Counted from the first letter of the stretch, positions 1 to 9,148 are shown. The stretch is DNA of 32,000 nt from Copranaerobaculum intestinale (GCF_009831105.1 NZ_WUUQ01000002.1:300001-332000), one strand, 5' to 3'. The notes: generated from the letters alone by a model not told the origin. Numbers and translations: made by a program.

Positions 1-43
1 GATCAGAATTACAAACCATTGTTTTTTTAGTATTTCAATCATG
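1..43 (-). CDS. 5' end of an unidentified gene that runs off the window (first 14 codons, MIEILKKQWFVILI)
   Basis: The reverse complement reads AAGGAGGATTTTC-ATG, a strong RBS with correct spacing. The reading frame stays open to the window edge. Too short to assign a function. Confidence 0.35.
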
Positions 44-232
44 AAAATCCTCCTTAAAAAACGTTGTGTGCATGTACAGCAGCTTCCTTGTACATAATGG
101 ACATAAAAAATGTCCAAGCCTGTATTATTATAGTGTATTTCCTATGGAAATGCAATTTATATAGGCTTTTCACGCAATTTCCCACAAATCTTTGAGCATA
201 CTAGGAACACGTGTTCGAGATAATCGTTTCAA

Positions 233-261
233 TTGTTTCGATAGGGAAAATCTGCTATGAT
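233..261 (+). promoter_or_regulatory. Candidate sigma-A promoter of the suf operon
   Basis: TTGTTT (233-238), 17-nt spacer, TATGAT (256-261), preceded by TGC (an extended -10, TGCTATGAT). Confidence 0.45.
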
Positions 262-286
262 AGTACGAGCGAAAGGATGTGTGTTT

Positions 287-1108
287 ATGAGTGAACTGTT
301 AATCCACAATCTGCATGTTGATGTAGATGGGAAAGAAATATTAAAAGGACTGAATCTGCACGTGAAAAGTGGAGAAATTCATGCCTTGATGGGACCGAAC
401 GGGAATGGCAAATCCACCCTGTTAGCTGCTGTGATGGGACACCCGCGCTACCATGTGAGTGAAGGGGAAATCCTGCTTGACGGCAATAATGTATTGGATA
501 TGGATGTGGATGAGCGCAGCCGTGCAGGGCTGTTTTTAGGAATGCAGTATCCGGCAGAAGTGCCGGGCGTTACCAATTCGGATTTTTTGCGGGCAGCGAT
601 GAACGCCCGTGAAGAACGGCCGGTTTCCTTGTATAAATTCATCAAGGAGATGGAAAAAACGATCGGTGATCTTCAGATGAAACCGGACTTGGCACATCGG
701 TTTTTAAATGAAGGCTTTTCCGGCGGTGAGAAAAAACGCAATGAAATCGTGCAGATGAAAATGCTTCATCCTTCGATCGCGATGCTGGATGAAATTGATT
801 CCGGACTGGATGTCGATGCGTTGAAGGTTGTGGCGGATGCCATAGTGGATATGTATCAAAAGGAAGAGCTCGGATTGATCATCGTATCCCATTATGAACG
901 ATTTTATCAGCTTTTGAATCCAACCCATGCCCATGTGCTGATCGATGGAAAAATTGTTATGGAGGGTGATCATGAGCTGGTTTCCCGTATTGATGAGCAG
1001 GGGTATGACTGGATCATTGAGGAATTGGGAATTACGCTTGATGAACAAGAGGAAAAGCCACAGCCGCGGATGAGTCTTGGCAGCTGCGCGGTAAAGAAAG
1101 AGGCATAG
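287..1108 (+). CDS. sufC: Fe-S cluster assembly ATPase SufC
   Basis: Walker A GPNGNGKST, ABC signature FSGGEKKRNEI, Walker B MLDEIDSGLD. It is the first gene of the sufCDSUB order. I moved the start to ATG 287 (MSELLIHNL) because the track start at 257 lies inside the predicted -10 box. Confidence 0.95.
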   Translation: MSELLIHNLHVDVDGKEILKGLNLHVKSGEIHALMGPNGNGKSTLLAAVMGHPRYHVSEGEILLDGNNVLDMDVDERSRAGLFLGMQYPAEVPGVTNSDFLRAAMNAREERPVSLYKFIKEMEKTIGDLQMKPDLAHRFLNEGFSGGEKKRNEIVQMKMLHPSIAMLDEIDSGLDVDALKVVADAIVDMYQKEELGLIIVSHYERFYQLLNPTHAHVLIDGKIVMEGDHELVSRIDEQGYDWIIEELGITLDEQEEKPQPRMSLGSCAVKKEA

Positions 1109-1109
1109 T

Positions 1110-1910
1110 ATGAAGCAGCTGGAAAAGGCAACACATTATGAATTCCATGAGGACGGCTGCTATCATCTTGTTTTAGACGGTGATTGTACGATCACTGTGG
1201 ATGAACGCATAAACGTTCAGATATATTTCACATATGATAAAGAGCAGACAGATCAAAGGCTGGAGCTTATTGTGAAACCCGAGGCGCAGGTAAAGGGGCT
1301 GTTTTTGGCACATGCCCGGTCTGCGGGTTCCCTTCATCATCATTTTCGGGTAATGCGGGATGCCGGCTTGCAAATCGGATACGGAGAATTGCAGGAGGGT
1401 TCCATAGATGCGGACATTGTTTGTGATTTGGTGGAGACGGGGGCAAATGCAAGACTGCTTCATACCTGCTTAGCAAATGAACACAAGCATTTTCATATTA
1501 CCTGCAATCATTTAAAGCCGCATACTGAAGGGCTGATGGAGAATTATGCCGTCGTATCGGAAGACGGAAATTATCGGATGGAAGCCTGCGGTAAGATTGT
1601 TAAGGGGGCTTATGGCAGTGCATCGCATCAGCATACGCATGTGCTGACGATGAGTGAGCATCATCGCAGCGAGGTTATTCCTTTACTTTTAATTGATGAA
1701 AATGATGTAGAGGCTTCTCATGCGATGAGTCTTGGTCAGCCGGATCGCGAGCAACTGTATTATCTGCAAAGCCGCGGACTTAGTCATAAACAAGCGCTGG
1801 GGCTGCTGATGCTGGGGTATATCATGCCGTTATGTCATATCATATCTGACGATGATCTGCAAAAGCAGCTGCAGGAACTCATAGAAAAGAAGGTGGGACT
1901 ATATGCTTGA
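1110..1910 (+). CDS. sufD: Fe-S cluster assembly protein SufD (short form, 266 aa)
   Basis: C-terminal SufB/SufD beta-helix motifs (IDENDVEASHAMSLGQPDREQLYYLQSRGL). Located between sufC and sufS. Starts 2 nt after the sufC stop. Confidence 0.85.
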   Translation: MKQLEKATHYEFHEDGCYHLVLDGDCTITVDERINVQIYFTYDKEQTDQRLELIVKPEAQVKGLFLAHARSAGSLHHHFRVMRDAGLQIGYGELQEGSIDADIVCDLVETGANARLLHTCLANEHKHFHITCNHLKPHTEGLMENYAVVSEDGNYRMEACGKIVKGAYGSASHQHTHVLTMSEHHRSEVIPLLLIDENDVEASHAMSLGQPDREQLYYLQSRGLSHKQALGLLMLGYIMPLCHIISDDDLQKQLQELIEKKVGLYA

Positions 1911-3135
1911 TCCAAATTTTTACCGCAAGGATTTTCCCATGCTTCAGCATCATCAGATGCAGGGGCAGGAACTGATTTATTTTGATAACGGTGCGACAAC
2001 TTTTAAGCCGCAGCCGGTAATTGATGAAGTGATGCGTTATTACACCGAGGTGACATCCAATGCTCATCGCGGTGATTACGACTTGAGCTATCAGGTAGAT
2101 ACGGCATTTGAAAATGCCCGTGCCAGCATTGCAAAGCTGATTCATGCCGATCCATCTGAGATCGTCTATACCTCAGGCGCCAGCGGTGCTTTAAATCTAG
2201 TGGCATATGGCTTCGGCCGCAAATTCTTACAGGAGGGTGATATTGTGCTTTCAACCGAAGCAGAACACGCTTCCTGTATTCTTCCCTGGATGAAAACATG
2301 TGAGGAAACCGGGGCTGAGCTGGATTATATTCCGCTGGATGAGGAAGGACGGCTCACTCTGGATAGTTTTACGGAAGTAATGAATGAACGGGTCAAGATC
2401 GTCGCGATAGCACAGGTAACCAATGTGCTGGGATATCAGGCACCGGTAAAGGAAATCTGTGAAATTGCTCACCAGATGGGAGCGATCGTGGTGATCGACG
2501 GTGCTCAGTCGGTGCCGCATTTCAGTGTCGATGTGAAAGCGCTGGGCTGTGATTTTCTGGCATTCAGTGCGCATAAGATGCTGGGCCCAAGCGGGGTTGG
2601 CGCACTGTATGGCCGCTATGAGCTGTTGGATGCTATGGATACGTTTTTGCTGGGGGGCGGAAGCAATGCCCGCTTTGATATGTGCGGGAATATACTGCTG
2701 AAGAATCCGCCGTATAAATTTGAGGCAGGCACTCCTGCTATTGAGGCATCAATGGGATTTGGAGCAGCCTGTGAGTATTTGATGAAAATCGGTATGGACA
2801 ATGTGCATGCCTATGAACAAGAGCTTCATCGCTATATGATTGACCGGCTTTCCAAGCTGGATAATATTATTTTATACAACGAGCATGCCGATGCGGCAAT
2901 CGTCACCTTCAATGTGGCAGATGTCTTTGCCCAGGACGCCGCTACGTATTTTAATGCCCACGGCATTGCGGTACGAAGCGGTCAGCACTGTGCAAAATTA
3001 TTAATTGATAAGCTGCAGACCGGTGCTACCATCCGGGCATCCTTGTATTTCTACAATACTAAGGAAGAGGTAGATCGTTTTGTAGAACTGGCAGCAAAGG
3101 CAAATCCTGAGAGCTGTCTGGATGTTTTCTTTTGA
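1903..3135 (+). CDS. sufS: Cysteine desulfurase SufS (PLP-dependent, class V aminotransferase fold)
   Basis: PLP lysine motif FSAHKMLGPSGVGALYG and catalytic Cys motif RSGQHCA. Overlaps the sufD 3' end by 8 nt. Confidence 0.95.
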   Translation: MLDPNFYRKDFPMLQHHQMQGQELIYFDNGATTFKPQPVIDEVMRYYTEVTSNAHRGDYDLSYQVDTAFENARASIAKLIHADPSEIVYTSGASGALNLVAYGFGRKFLQEGDIVLSTEAEHASCILPWMKTCEETGAELDYIPLDEEGRLTLDSFTEVMNERVKIVAIAQVTNVLGYQAPVKEICEIAHQMGAIVVIDGAQSVPHFSVDVKALGCDFLAFSAHKMLGPSGVGALYGRYELLDAMDTFLLGGGSNARFDMCGNILLKNPPYKFEAGTPAIEASMGFGAACEYLMKIGMDNVHAYEQELHRYMIDRLSKLDNIILYNEHADAAIVTFNVADVFAQDAATYFNAHGIAVRSGQHCAKLLIDKLQTGATIRASLYFYNTKEEVDRFVELAAKANPESCLDVFF

Positions 3136-3148
3136 AAGGAAGGGTAGT

Positions 3149-3598
3149 ATGGCTTCAATGTTGAATGATCCGATGGTGCTTCGCCAGATTATTATGGATC
3201 ACTATGAATATCCCCGCAATCATGAATTGACGGACAATGAAAAATATCGGGAAAAGCATATGGCCAGCGATTCCTGTATTGATGATATACGGGTGCAGGC
3301 GAAAATCAGTGACGGGGTAATCGATGATATCCGTTTTGATGGTGTTGCCTGCACCATCTCCACGGCATCCACTTCCATTATGAGCGATCTTTTAAAAGGG
3401 AAAACGCTGGACGTGGCAAAGGAAATTATCGCGAATTATTACCGCATGATTGATCAGCAGCCGTATGATAAAGAGCTGCTGGAAGAAGCGGTTGCGTTCC
3501 ATACGGTAGGTTCTCAGGCAAACCGCATCAAATGTGCGACAATCGGCTGGAAAGCCATCGAGCAGCTGATCGAGGAAAGTGAGTCTAAGCATGAGTAA
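3149..3598 (+). CDS. sufU: Fe-S scaffold / sulfur-acceptor protein SufU (IscU/NifU-like)
   Basis: Conserved Cys contexts ([25 protein letters not shown]). GAAAGGAAGG RBS sits upstream of ATG 3149, and the track start at 3122 has no RBS. Confidence 0.9.
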   Translation: MASMLNDPMVLRQIIMDHYEYPRNHELTDNEKYREKHMASDSCIDDIRVQAKISDGVIDDIRFDGVACTISTASTSIMSDLLKGKTLDVAKEIIANYYRMIDQQPYDKELLEEAVAFHTVGSQANRIKCATIGWKAIEQLIEESESKHE

Positions 3599-4991
3599 CC
3601 GTGATGTGTTGAAACAGGAAGAATATCAGTATGGCTTCCATGATGAAGATGTCAGTGTTTATAAAACCAAAAAAGGATTGCGCGAAGAAACAATCCGTGA
3701 AATATCAAGCATCAAACAGGAACCGGAATGGATGCTGGATTTTCGTTTGAAGGCGTATCGTCAATTTGAATCAATGCCGCTTCAGGACTGGGGCCCTAAT
3801 CTGGATGCCCTGGCTTTTGATGACTATACATATTACATCAAACCGAGCGAAAAGCAGGGAAAGGATTGGGAAGAAGTACCGGATACGATTAAAAATACCT
3901 TTGACCGACTAGGAATACCGGAGGCAGAACAAAAGTTTTTAGCCGGTGTATCTACACAATATGAGAGTGAAGTAGTGTATCATAACATGTTGGAGGAAGT
4001 TGAATCCAAGGGGGTAATCTTCTTGGATACTGACAGCGCACTGCGTAAATATCCGGAACTGTTCAAGAAATACTTTGCTTCGATCGTTCCTTACAGCGAC
4101 AATAAATTCGCAGCCTTGAATTCAGCGGTATGGTCAGGCGGAAGCTTTATTTATGTGCCGCCGGGGGTGAAGCTGGAAAAACCGCTGCAATCCTATTTCC
4201 GTATCAACAGTGAACAGATGGGGCAGTTTGAGCGTACTTTGATCATCGTGGATGAAGGTGCAGATGTGCATTATGTTGAGGGCTGTACAGCGCCTACGTA
4301 TTCCAAAGACTCGCTGCATGCCGCTGTCGTGGAAATCTTCGTTCACAAGAATGCCCGCTGCCGCTATTCTACCGTTCAAAACTGGTCAGGCAATATTCTG
4401 AATTTGGTGACTAAGCGTTGTAAGGTAATGGAGAACGGCTCGATGGAATGGATTGACGGTAATATCGGTTCTGGGATTACGATGAAATATCCGTGCTGCA
4501 TTCTGGCTGAAGAGGGTGCACGGGGAATGACGATTTCTATTGCCGTTGCCGGTAAAAATCAGATTCAGGATGCCGGAGCGAAAATGATTCATCTGGCGCC
4601 TAATACCTACAGCAACATCGTTTCCAAATCAGTATCCCGTAATGGCGGCGAGGTCAACTACCGCGGTACGATCCATCACGCACCGGGCGCTCATCATGCC
4701 AAAAGCAAGGTGGAATGCGATACTTTGATTCTCGATAAGGAAAGCCGCAGCGATACGATTCCGCTGAATATCAGCCGCAATCGGGAATCGCAGATTGAAC
4801 ATGAAGCAACAGTTTCCAAAATCAGTGAAGAACAGTTGTTTTATCTGATGTCGCGGGGACTGAAGCAGGAGCAGGCAACGGAAATGATCGTAATGGGCTT
4901 TTTAGAGCCGTTTACTCGAGAACTGCCAATGGAATATGCAGTGGAGCTCAATCAACTGCTGAAGCTTGATATGGAGGGCTCAGTCGGCTAA
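3591..4991 (+). CDS. sufB: Fe-S cluster assembly protein SufB
   Basis: Full-length SufB-like sequence ([52 protein letters not shown]). Overlaps the sufU stop. The start could instead be GTG 3579. Confidence 0.95.
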   Translation: MSNRDVLKQEEYQYGFHDEDVSVYKTKKGLREETIREISSIKQEPEWMLDFRLKAYRQFESMPLQDWGPNLDALAFDDYTYYIKPSEKQGKDWEEVPDTIKNTFDRLGIPEAEQKFLAGVSTQYESEVVYHNMLEEVESKGVIFLDTDSALRKYPELFKKYFASIVPYSDNKFAALNSAVWSGGSFIYVPPGVKLEKPLQSYFRINSEQMGQFERTLIIVDEGADVHYVEGCTAPTYSKDSLHAAVVEIFVHKNARCRYSTVQNWSGNILNLVTKRCKVMENGSMEWIDGNIGSGITMKYPCCILAEEGARGMTISIAVAGKNQIQDAGAKMIHLAPNTYSNIVSKSVSRNGGEVNYRGTIHHAPGAHHAKSKVECDTLILDKESRSDTIPLNISRNRESQIEHEATVSKISEEQLFYLMSRGLKQEQATEMIVMGFLEPFTRELPMEYAVELNQLLKLDMEGSVG

Positions 4992-5055
4992 TCGAATAAT
5001 CCTAATGATTTAAACAATCAAAAAAATCATTCTATGCATGCTAAATAAATATAGA

Positions 5056-5099
5056 AAAAGCAGAAATTGGCGTAAGATTTTACGGATTTCTGCTTTTTT
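5056..5099. terminator. Bidirectional intrinsic terminator between convergent sufB and the histidine kinase gene
   Basis: Stem GCAGAAAT (5060-5067) pairs with ATTTCTGC (5086-5093). It is flanked by an A-run upstream and a T-run downstream, so a U-tract follows the stem on both strands. Confidence 0.8.
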
Positions 5100-6159
5100 A
5101 CGTTATGTTTTGTCTGTGATCAGCTAGTGGAAAAGCGAGGATAAAGGTACTTCCTTGATCAGGATAACTTTTGACATGAATAAATCCATCGCAGAGTTCA
5201 CAAACATGACACACTAGGCTGAGACCGATTCCATAGCCGTCTTTTTTCAAGGTATGGATGCGGTATCCATAATCAAAAATACGCTCCTGCTGGACTTCGC
5301 TCATTCCTTTTCCGCGATCTTGCACATATAAAAGAACACTGTTATAGGCTTGACGAAGCGATACTTCAATCGGTTTTTGATCGCCGTATTTTACGGCATT
5401 TTCAAGCAGGTTGTCCAATGCTCGGCGAAGCCACTGCTCCTTTCCCAGGATACTGTAATCAGCTTCTTCATCAAATTGAAAAGACAAGGATGGATAAATG
5501 CTTCGATATCGGTCACACTGTTCTGCCGCAATCATGGCTAGGTCACAGATCGTTTTCTGCATATCCTGATGAGCGGACAATGCCAGTATGTCATCAATGG
5601 ATTGTGACAGCTTATCAATATCTCTTGTAATCTGCGGATCATTTGATTGAATCCGTGCTTTCAGCAGCATGATCAGATTTTTCTGTTCATGTGAAATATA
5701 GGCATGCAGCCGTTTTTGATCTTCTTCAAAAGCGGTCATTTTTTGATGCAGGATCTGGTATTCTGCTTTTAAATCGTTTGCTTTCACCAAATCAATACGA
5801 TCATATGATACCTGCATCAGATCATCGGCTATTTCTTTACTGTGTTTTTTATCCAATATGCGGACGCCATATAAAATGATAAATGAAAATAATAAAATAC
5901 AGAAACAGATCATGGCAATCAATAGCGGCAGATATTGATAAAAAGCTTGTCGGAAATAATCATGCAGCTGCTTGGCGGTGATTGTTGAACGAGTGATTAC
6001 TTGAGTGCGGAGATTGTCATAATAGTAAATTTGCGGAATATTCTGCATATCGGCATCGGATTTACTGATAAAGAAATAAAAAGATAAACAGATCATCAAA
6101 ATGAGCAGAAAGGTGCCAATGCTGATCAAAAGCCATTTCTTTTTACTTATGGATGGCAT
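5098..6159 (-). CDS. Sensor histidine kinase (two N-terminal TM segments, no HAMP domain visible)
   Basis: H-box YISHEQKNLIMLL, N-box LDNLLENAVKYG, G-boxes VQDRGKGM and GYGIGLSLV. Hydrophobic segments lie at about aa 9-30 and 76-98. The start overlaps the response regulator stop by 13 nt. Confidence 0.9.
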   Translation of the reverse strand: MPSISKKKWLLISIGTFLLILMICLSFYFFISKSDADMQNIPQIYYYDNLRTQVITRSTITAKQLHDYFRQAFYQYLPLLIAMICFCILLFSFIILYGVRILDKKHSKEIADDLMQVSYDRIDLVKANDLKAEYQILHQKMTAFEEDQKRLHAYISHEQKNLIMLLKARIQSNDPQITRDIDKLSQSIDDILALSAHQDMQKTICDLAMIAAEQCDRYRSIYPSLSFQFDEEADYSILGKEQWLRRALDNLLENAVKYGDQKPIEVSLRQAYNSVLLYVQDRGKGMSEVQQERIFDYGYRIHTLKKDGYGIGLSLVCHVCELCDGFIHVKSYPDQGSTFILAFPLADHRQNIT

Positions 6160-6818
6160 AGAAAGTAACCTTTGCCCTTTTCATTGCATAATACCGATTT
6201 TCCGTCAATGATTAGTTTTTTTCGTATATTTGCCATATGGACCCGGATCACTCCGGAGAACGGATCAAATTCTTCATTATATACATGCTCGGCAATTTCA
6301 CTATTTGAGATGATACGGGGATGCTGACTCGCGATATATTCAAGAATATCATATTCCTTAGGTGATAAAGCAATTTTTGTTTGATCCAGCAGAACGGTTC
6401 TGGTATCAACGTCGATGGATAATCCGGCGACTTCAATTTTGGATATCGGCCGACCGTGAAAGCGGCGAATCACCGCCTGGATGCGGGCATGAAGCTCTTT
6501 GAAATCAAAGGGCTTTGAAATATAATCATCGCTGCCAAGCTGAAGTCCTTTGACACGGTCTTCAATATCATTTCGGGCACTTACCACCAATACCGGACAT
6601 GCTACTCCTTTCATACGCCACGCTGCCAGCAAATCAAATCCATCCTGATCAGGCAGATTTAAATCCAACAAAACCGCATCATATGTATTATCATGTATTT
6701 TTATATCAGCAGCTTCACCACATGATGCGTAATCACAGGCGTAGCCATATTCACAAAGACGCTCGATCATCAGCGCAAGCAGCTCTTCATGATCCTCAAC
6801 GATCAACAGCCGCATCAA
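6147..6818 (-). CDS. OmpR/PhoB-family response regulator
   Basis: Receiver domain (LIVEDHEE, phospho-acceptor context AVLLDLNLPDQDG, conserved K in ISKPF). C-terminal winged-helix region (LSPKEYDILEY, GKGY). Confidence 0.92.
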   Translation of the reverse strand: MMRLLIVEDHEELLALMIERLCEYGYACDYASCGEAADIKIHDNTYDAVLLDLNLPDQDGFDLLAAWRMKGVACPVLVVSARNDIEDRVKGLQLGSDDYISKPFDFKELHARIQAVIRRFHGRPISKIEVAGLSIDVDTRTVLLDQTKIALSPKEYDILEYIASQHPRIISNSEIAEHVYNEEFDPFSGVIRVHMANIRKKLIIDGKSVLCNEKGKGYFLCHP

Positions 6819-6854
6819 ATCACCATCCTTTCTTTTCGTTTATAAACTATCAAA

Positions 6855-6885
6855 GGTACAAAGCTTACGTTTCAAGCTCTGTACC
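6855..6885 (-). terminator. Strong hairpin between the ABC ATPase gene and the response regulator gene (possible partial terminator or processing and stability element)
   Basis: On the minus-strand RNA, GGUACAGAGCUU-GAAACGU-AAGCUUUGUACC forms a 12-bp stem with one G-U pair. It is followed only by UUUG, so the U-tract is weak. Confidence 0.4.
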
Positions 6886-6898
6886 GTTGCTTATGAAG

Positions 6899-7564
6899 CT
6901 AACCAGCGTATACTAGATTTCCGCTGCTCATGCCCCAAATTTCATCAGCATATTTGGTGACTTTTTTTGAATGTGTAACGATGATTACACACTTGTTCTG
7001 ATTGTGTGCAAGATCAACGAGTATTTTAATGATTTCTGCTTCAGTTTCCTGATCGAGATTTCCGCTTGGTTCATCAGCCAGCAGAATATTGGGATCATGA
7101 GACAAGGCACGGGCAATTCCGATCCGCTGCTGTTCTCCTCCCGATAATTTTAACACTTTCCGAAAGGCGGTTTTTTCATCAATTCCGACACTTTGAAGGA
7201 GCTGCAGAATATATTGCCGATCGTGGGTATGCTTCGACTTGCTGATTGCCATGGACAATTCAATATTCTCGTAGGCTGATTTATTTAATAACAAATTGTA
7301 GCCTTGAAAGATGACACCAATTTTATGAGCACGGTAATCATCACGGTCAGCTTTACCAAGATCGTTATTTTCATAAAGGATGGAGCCTTCGCTGCTGACA
7401 TCCAATCCGGACAACAGGGAGAGCAAAGTTGTTTTTCCGGATCCGGACTTTCCGATAATACAATAGACCTTACCGGCTTCAAAATCAATATTAATATTTT
7501 TCAGCGCACGGCGTTTGGTATTTTCATACCGATAGCTTACATTTTTAACTGATAATAGAGACAT
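6899..7564 (-). CDS. ABC transporter ATP-binding protein (MacB/FtsE/HrtA-like subfamily)
   Basis: Walker A GKSGSGKTT, signature LSGGEQQRIGIARAL, Walker B ILLADEPSGNLD, H-loop VTHS. Confidence 0.93.
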   Translation of the reverse strand: MSLLSVKNVSYRYENTKRRALKNINIDFEAGKVYCIIGKSGSGKTTLLSLLSGLDVSSEGSILYENNDLGKADRDDYRAHKIGVIFQGYNLLLNKSAYENIELSMAISKSKHTHDRQYILQLLQSVGIDEKTAFRKVLKLSGGEQQRIGIARALSHDPNILLADEPSGNLDQETEAEIIKILVDLAHNQNKCVIIVTHSKKVTKYADEIWGMSSGNLVYAG

Positions 7565-7580
7565 ATGTGTTTATCCTTTC

Positions 7581-8942
7581 TTAATTTCGTTCCCGAAGAA
7601 TTCGCATCGGTTCGAATTTCATAGCATAATAGGAGCTCATGATACTTGCCAATAGGACTAGGAAGAGTGCAATGCCGCCTAGCTGCAATATGGAAGATAT
7701 TTGCAGTACTGCATCAATATGTGTGATTGCGGTATGATCAGTAGCCAAACCACCGGAGAACGAGCTGCCAATGTTTTGGGATAAGCTGCCGCCCATTCCC
7801 TGAGAAGCTAATTTATCAGCCAGCATCATGTCTGTAATAGGCTGTGCCAGCAGACTGCCGATAATAAGGCCAATGGCAAGACAGACTACCATGATCATAG
7901 CAGATTCTAGCAGCATTTGAAGAACAATATTTCGCTTTTTCATACCCATTGCGCGAAGGACACCAATCTCGTATTTTCTTTCGCGTACTGCCAGCATAGA
8001 TAGTAGCAGCAGAATAGTGGCTCCCAACACAAGTACCACACCGAGGAACACAGCGGCGACTGTGGACATTTGCTCAATCGGCTTGATAAATGCATTATAA
8101 GCAATATCATCGGTTTTTACAGAATAATAGTTTGATAATCCAGCTTTATAAGCTGCTTTTTTAAAGGCATCCAAATCTTTTGGATTTGATAAAAAGAAAG
8201 TTCCTTGCAAAATCGGGTTATAAGCATATTCTGAATTGATAAGGCGATCTGTCTTAGTAAAGATCTCACTGTATGTTTCATCATTTTCGCGATGGTAGAT
8301 ACCGCTGATGCGGAATGTCATCGGTTTTAAAACCGTACCTTCCAGATTTTGGTCATGGATATCCTTTGCCTGAAAGGTATCACCGATTTTAAAATGATTC
8401 AATTTTGCCAGCTCATCGGATATCACGGCTTCGTCTGCTGCTTTTGGAAATCTTCCCTCACGCAGCTGTGCTTCACGGCTTTGGAAAGCCAGCGCGTTGG
8501 ATACATTGTCAAATCCGCTGATCTGCATATAAGGCACTCGAGCTCTTTCTAACAGTTCACCGACTCGCTGCATTTCAGTATAACGTTTTTCGATTGGTTC
8601 TTTGAAGGTGATCTCATCAGCGATTGCTTCCATGCTGGCCGCGTATTCAACCTTTTTTAGGTAGGGAGAAGCTGCCATTTTTTTGACGATCTCATTAGTA
8701 ATCGGAGGAGTGGTAAAATCTTCATTTTCGTTAAATTGATTTGCGATTTTTTTATAATCCGGTTCTATATAAACCTGAGTACTGAGCTGATCCTTATATT
8801 CTTTAGCGATCTCATCCGTATTGTCACGAATGACGATGGCGACACAGCTCATCGTTATTACGAGCAGAAATATAACTGCAATCATAATATTTCTGCCGGC
8901 ATTTTGAAAAATATTGCGAAAAGCATTTTTAACAATATACAT
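7581..8942 (-). CDS. FtsX/MacB-type ABC transporter permease (4 TM, large extracytoplasmic domain)
   Basis: One N-terminal TM (IMIAVIFLLVITMSCVAIVI), a roughly 270-aa hydrophilic domain, then three C-terminal TM segments typical of the FtsX domain. I chose the start at MYIVKNAF (ATG 8942, preceded by TGAGGTATATT). The track start at 8975 has no RBS. Confidence 0.88.
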   Translation of the reverse strand: MYIVKNAFRNIFQNAGRNIMIAVIFLLVITMSCVAIVIRDNTDEIAKEYKDQLSTQVYIEPDYKKIANQFNENEDFTTPPITNEIVKKMAASPYLKKVEYAASMEAIADEITFKEPIEKRYTEMQRVGELLERARVPYMQISGFDNVSNALAFQSREAQLREGRFPKAADEAVISDELAKLNHFKIGDTFQAKDIHDQNLEGTVLKPMTFRISGIYHRENDETYSEIFTKTDRLINSEYAYNPILQGTFFLSNPKDLDAFKKAAYKAGLSNYYSVKTDDIAYNAFIKPIEQMSTVAAVFLGVVLVLGATILLLLSMLAVRERKYEIGVLRAMGMKKRNIVLQMLLESAMIMVVCLAIGLIIGSLLAQPITDMMLADKLASQGMGGSLSQNIGSSFSGGLATDHTAITHIDAVLQISSILQLGGIALFLVLLASIMSSYYAMKFEPMRILRERN

Positions 8943-8976
8943 AATATACCTCATTTCTTTCATCATGTACCACATC

Positions 8977-8995
8977 TTAACACAGCCTGTGTTAA
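8977..8995 (-). promoter_or_regulatory. Perfect 8-3-8 palindrome TTAACACA-GCC-TGTGTTAA upstream of the ABC/TCS operon (candidate operator or 5'-UTR hairpin)
   Basis: Read directly from the sequence. It lies 35-53 nt upstream of the preferred permease start and abuts a minus-strand TAAAAT -10 candidate (9000..8995). Confidence 0.4.
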
Positions 8996-9148
8996 TTTTA
9001 AGGCAAGATTTGTGAGGCTTACGGTGATTATTTAAAAAATATGAAGTTGCTGAATTTGATGCTGATACCTCACTGATAATCTTACTGTTTTGTTGACAGT
9101 ATGAAACCTATCAACTTTTTCCATACTAAAAAATGAGGATGTGAAGGT

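Noticed and set aside
448-1048. Minus-strand ORFs 448..645 and 704..1048, and many similar 60-140-aa ORFs throughout the track (for example 1173..1463-, 2003..2299-, 4134..4379-, 10717..11088-, 16800..16997-, 21274..21693-, 24054..24380-).
   Set aside because: They lie entirely antisense to or out of frame within long ORFs that have strong family motifs. They have no RBS, and their compositions (Arg/Ser/Leu-rich or His/Ile/Phe-rich) are typical of shadow frames.
7609-7617. GGTTCGAAT, resembling a tRNA T-arm.
   Set aside because: It lies inside the permease CDS. No acceptor, D or anticodon arm complementarity surrounds it, so this is a chance match.
8736-9035. 99-aa + strand ORF spanning the 5' end of the permease gene and the intergenic region.
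   Set aside because: It is antisense to the permease N-terminus, has no RBS and is low-complexity Ile/Phe/Asn-rich. The region is better explained as promoter and operator DNA.
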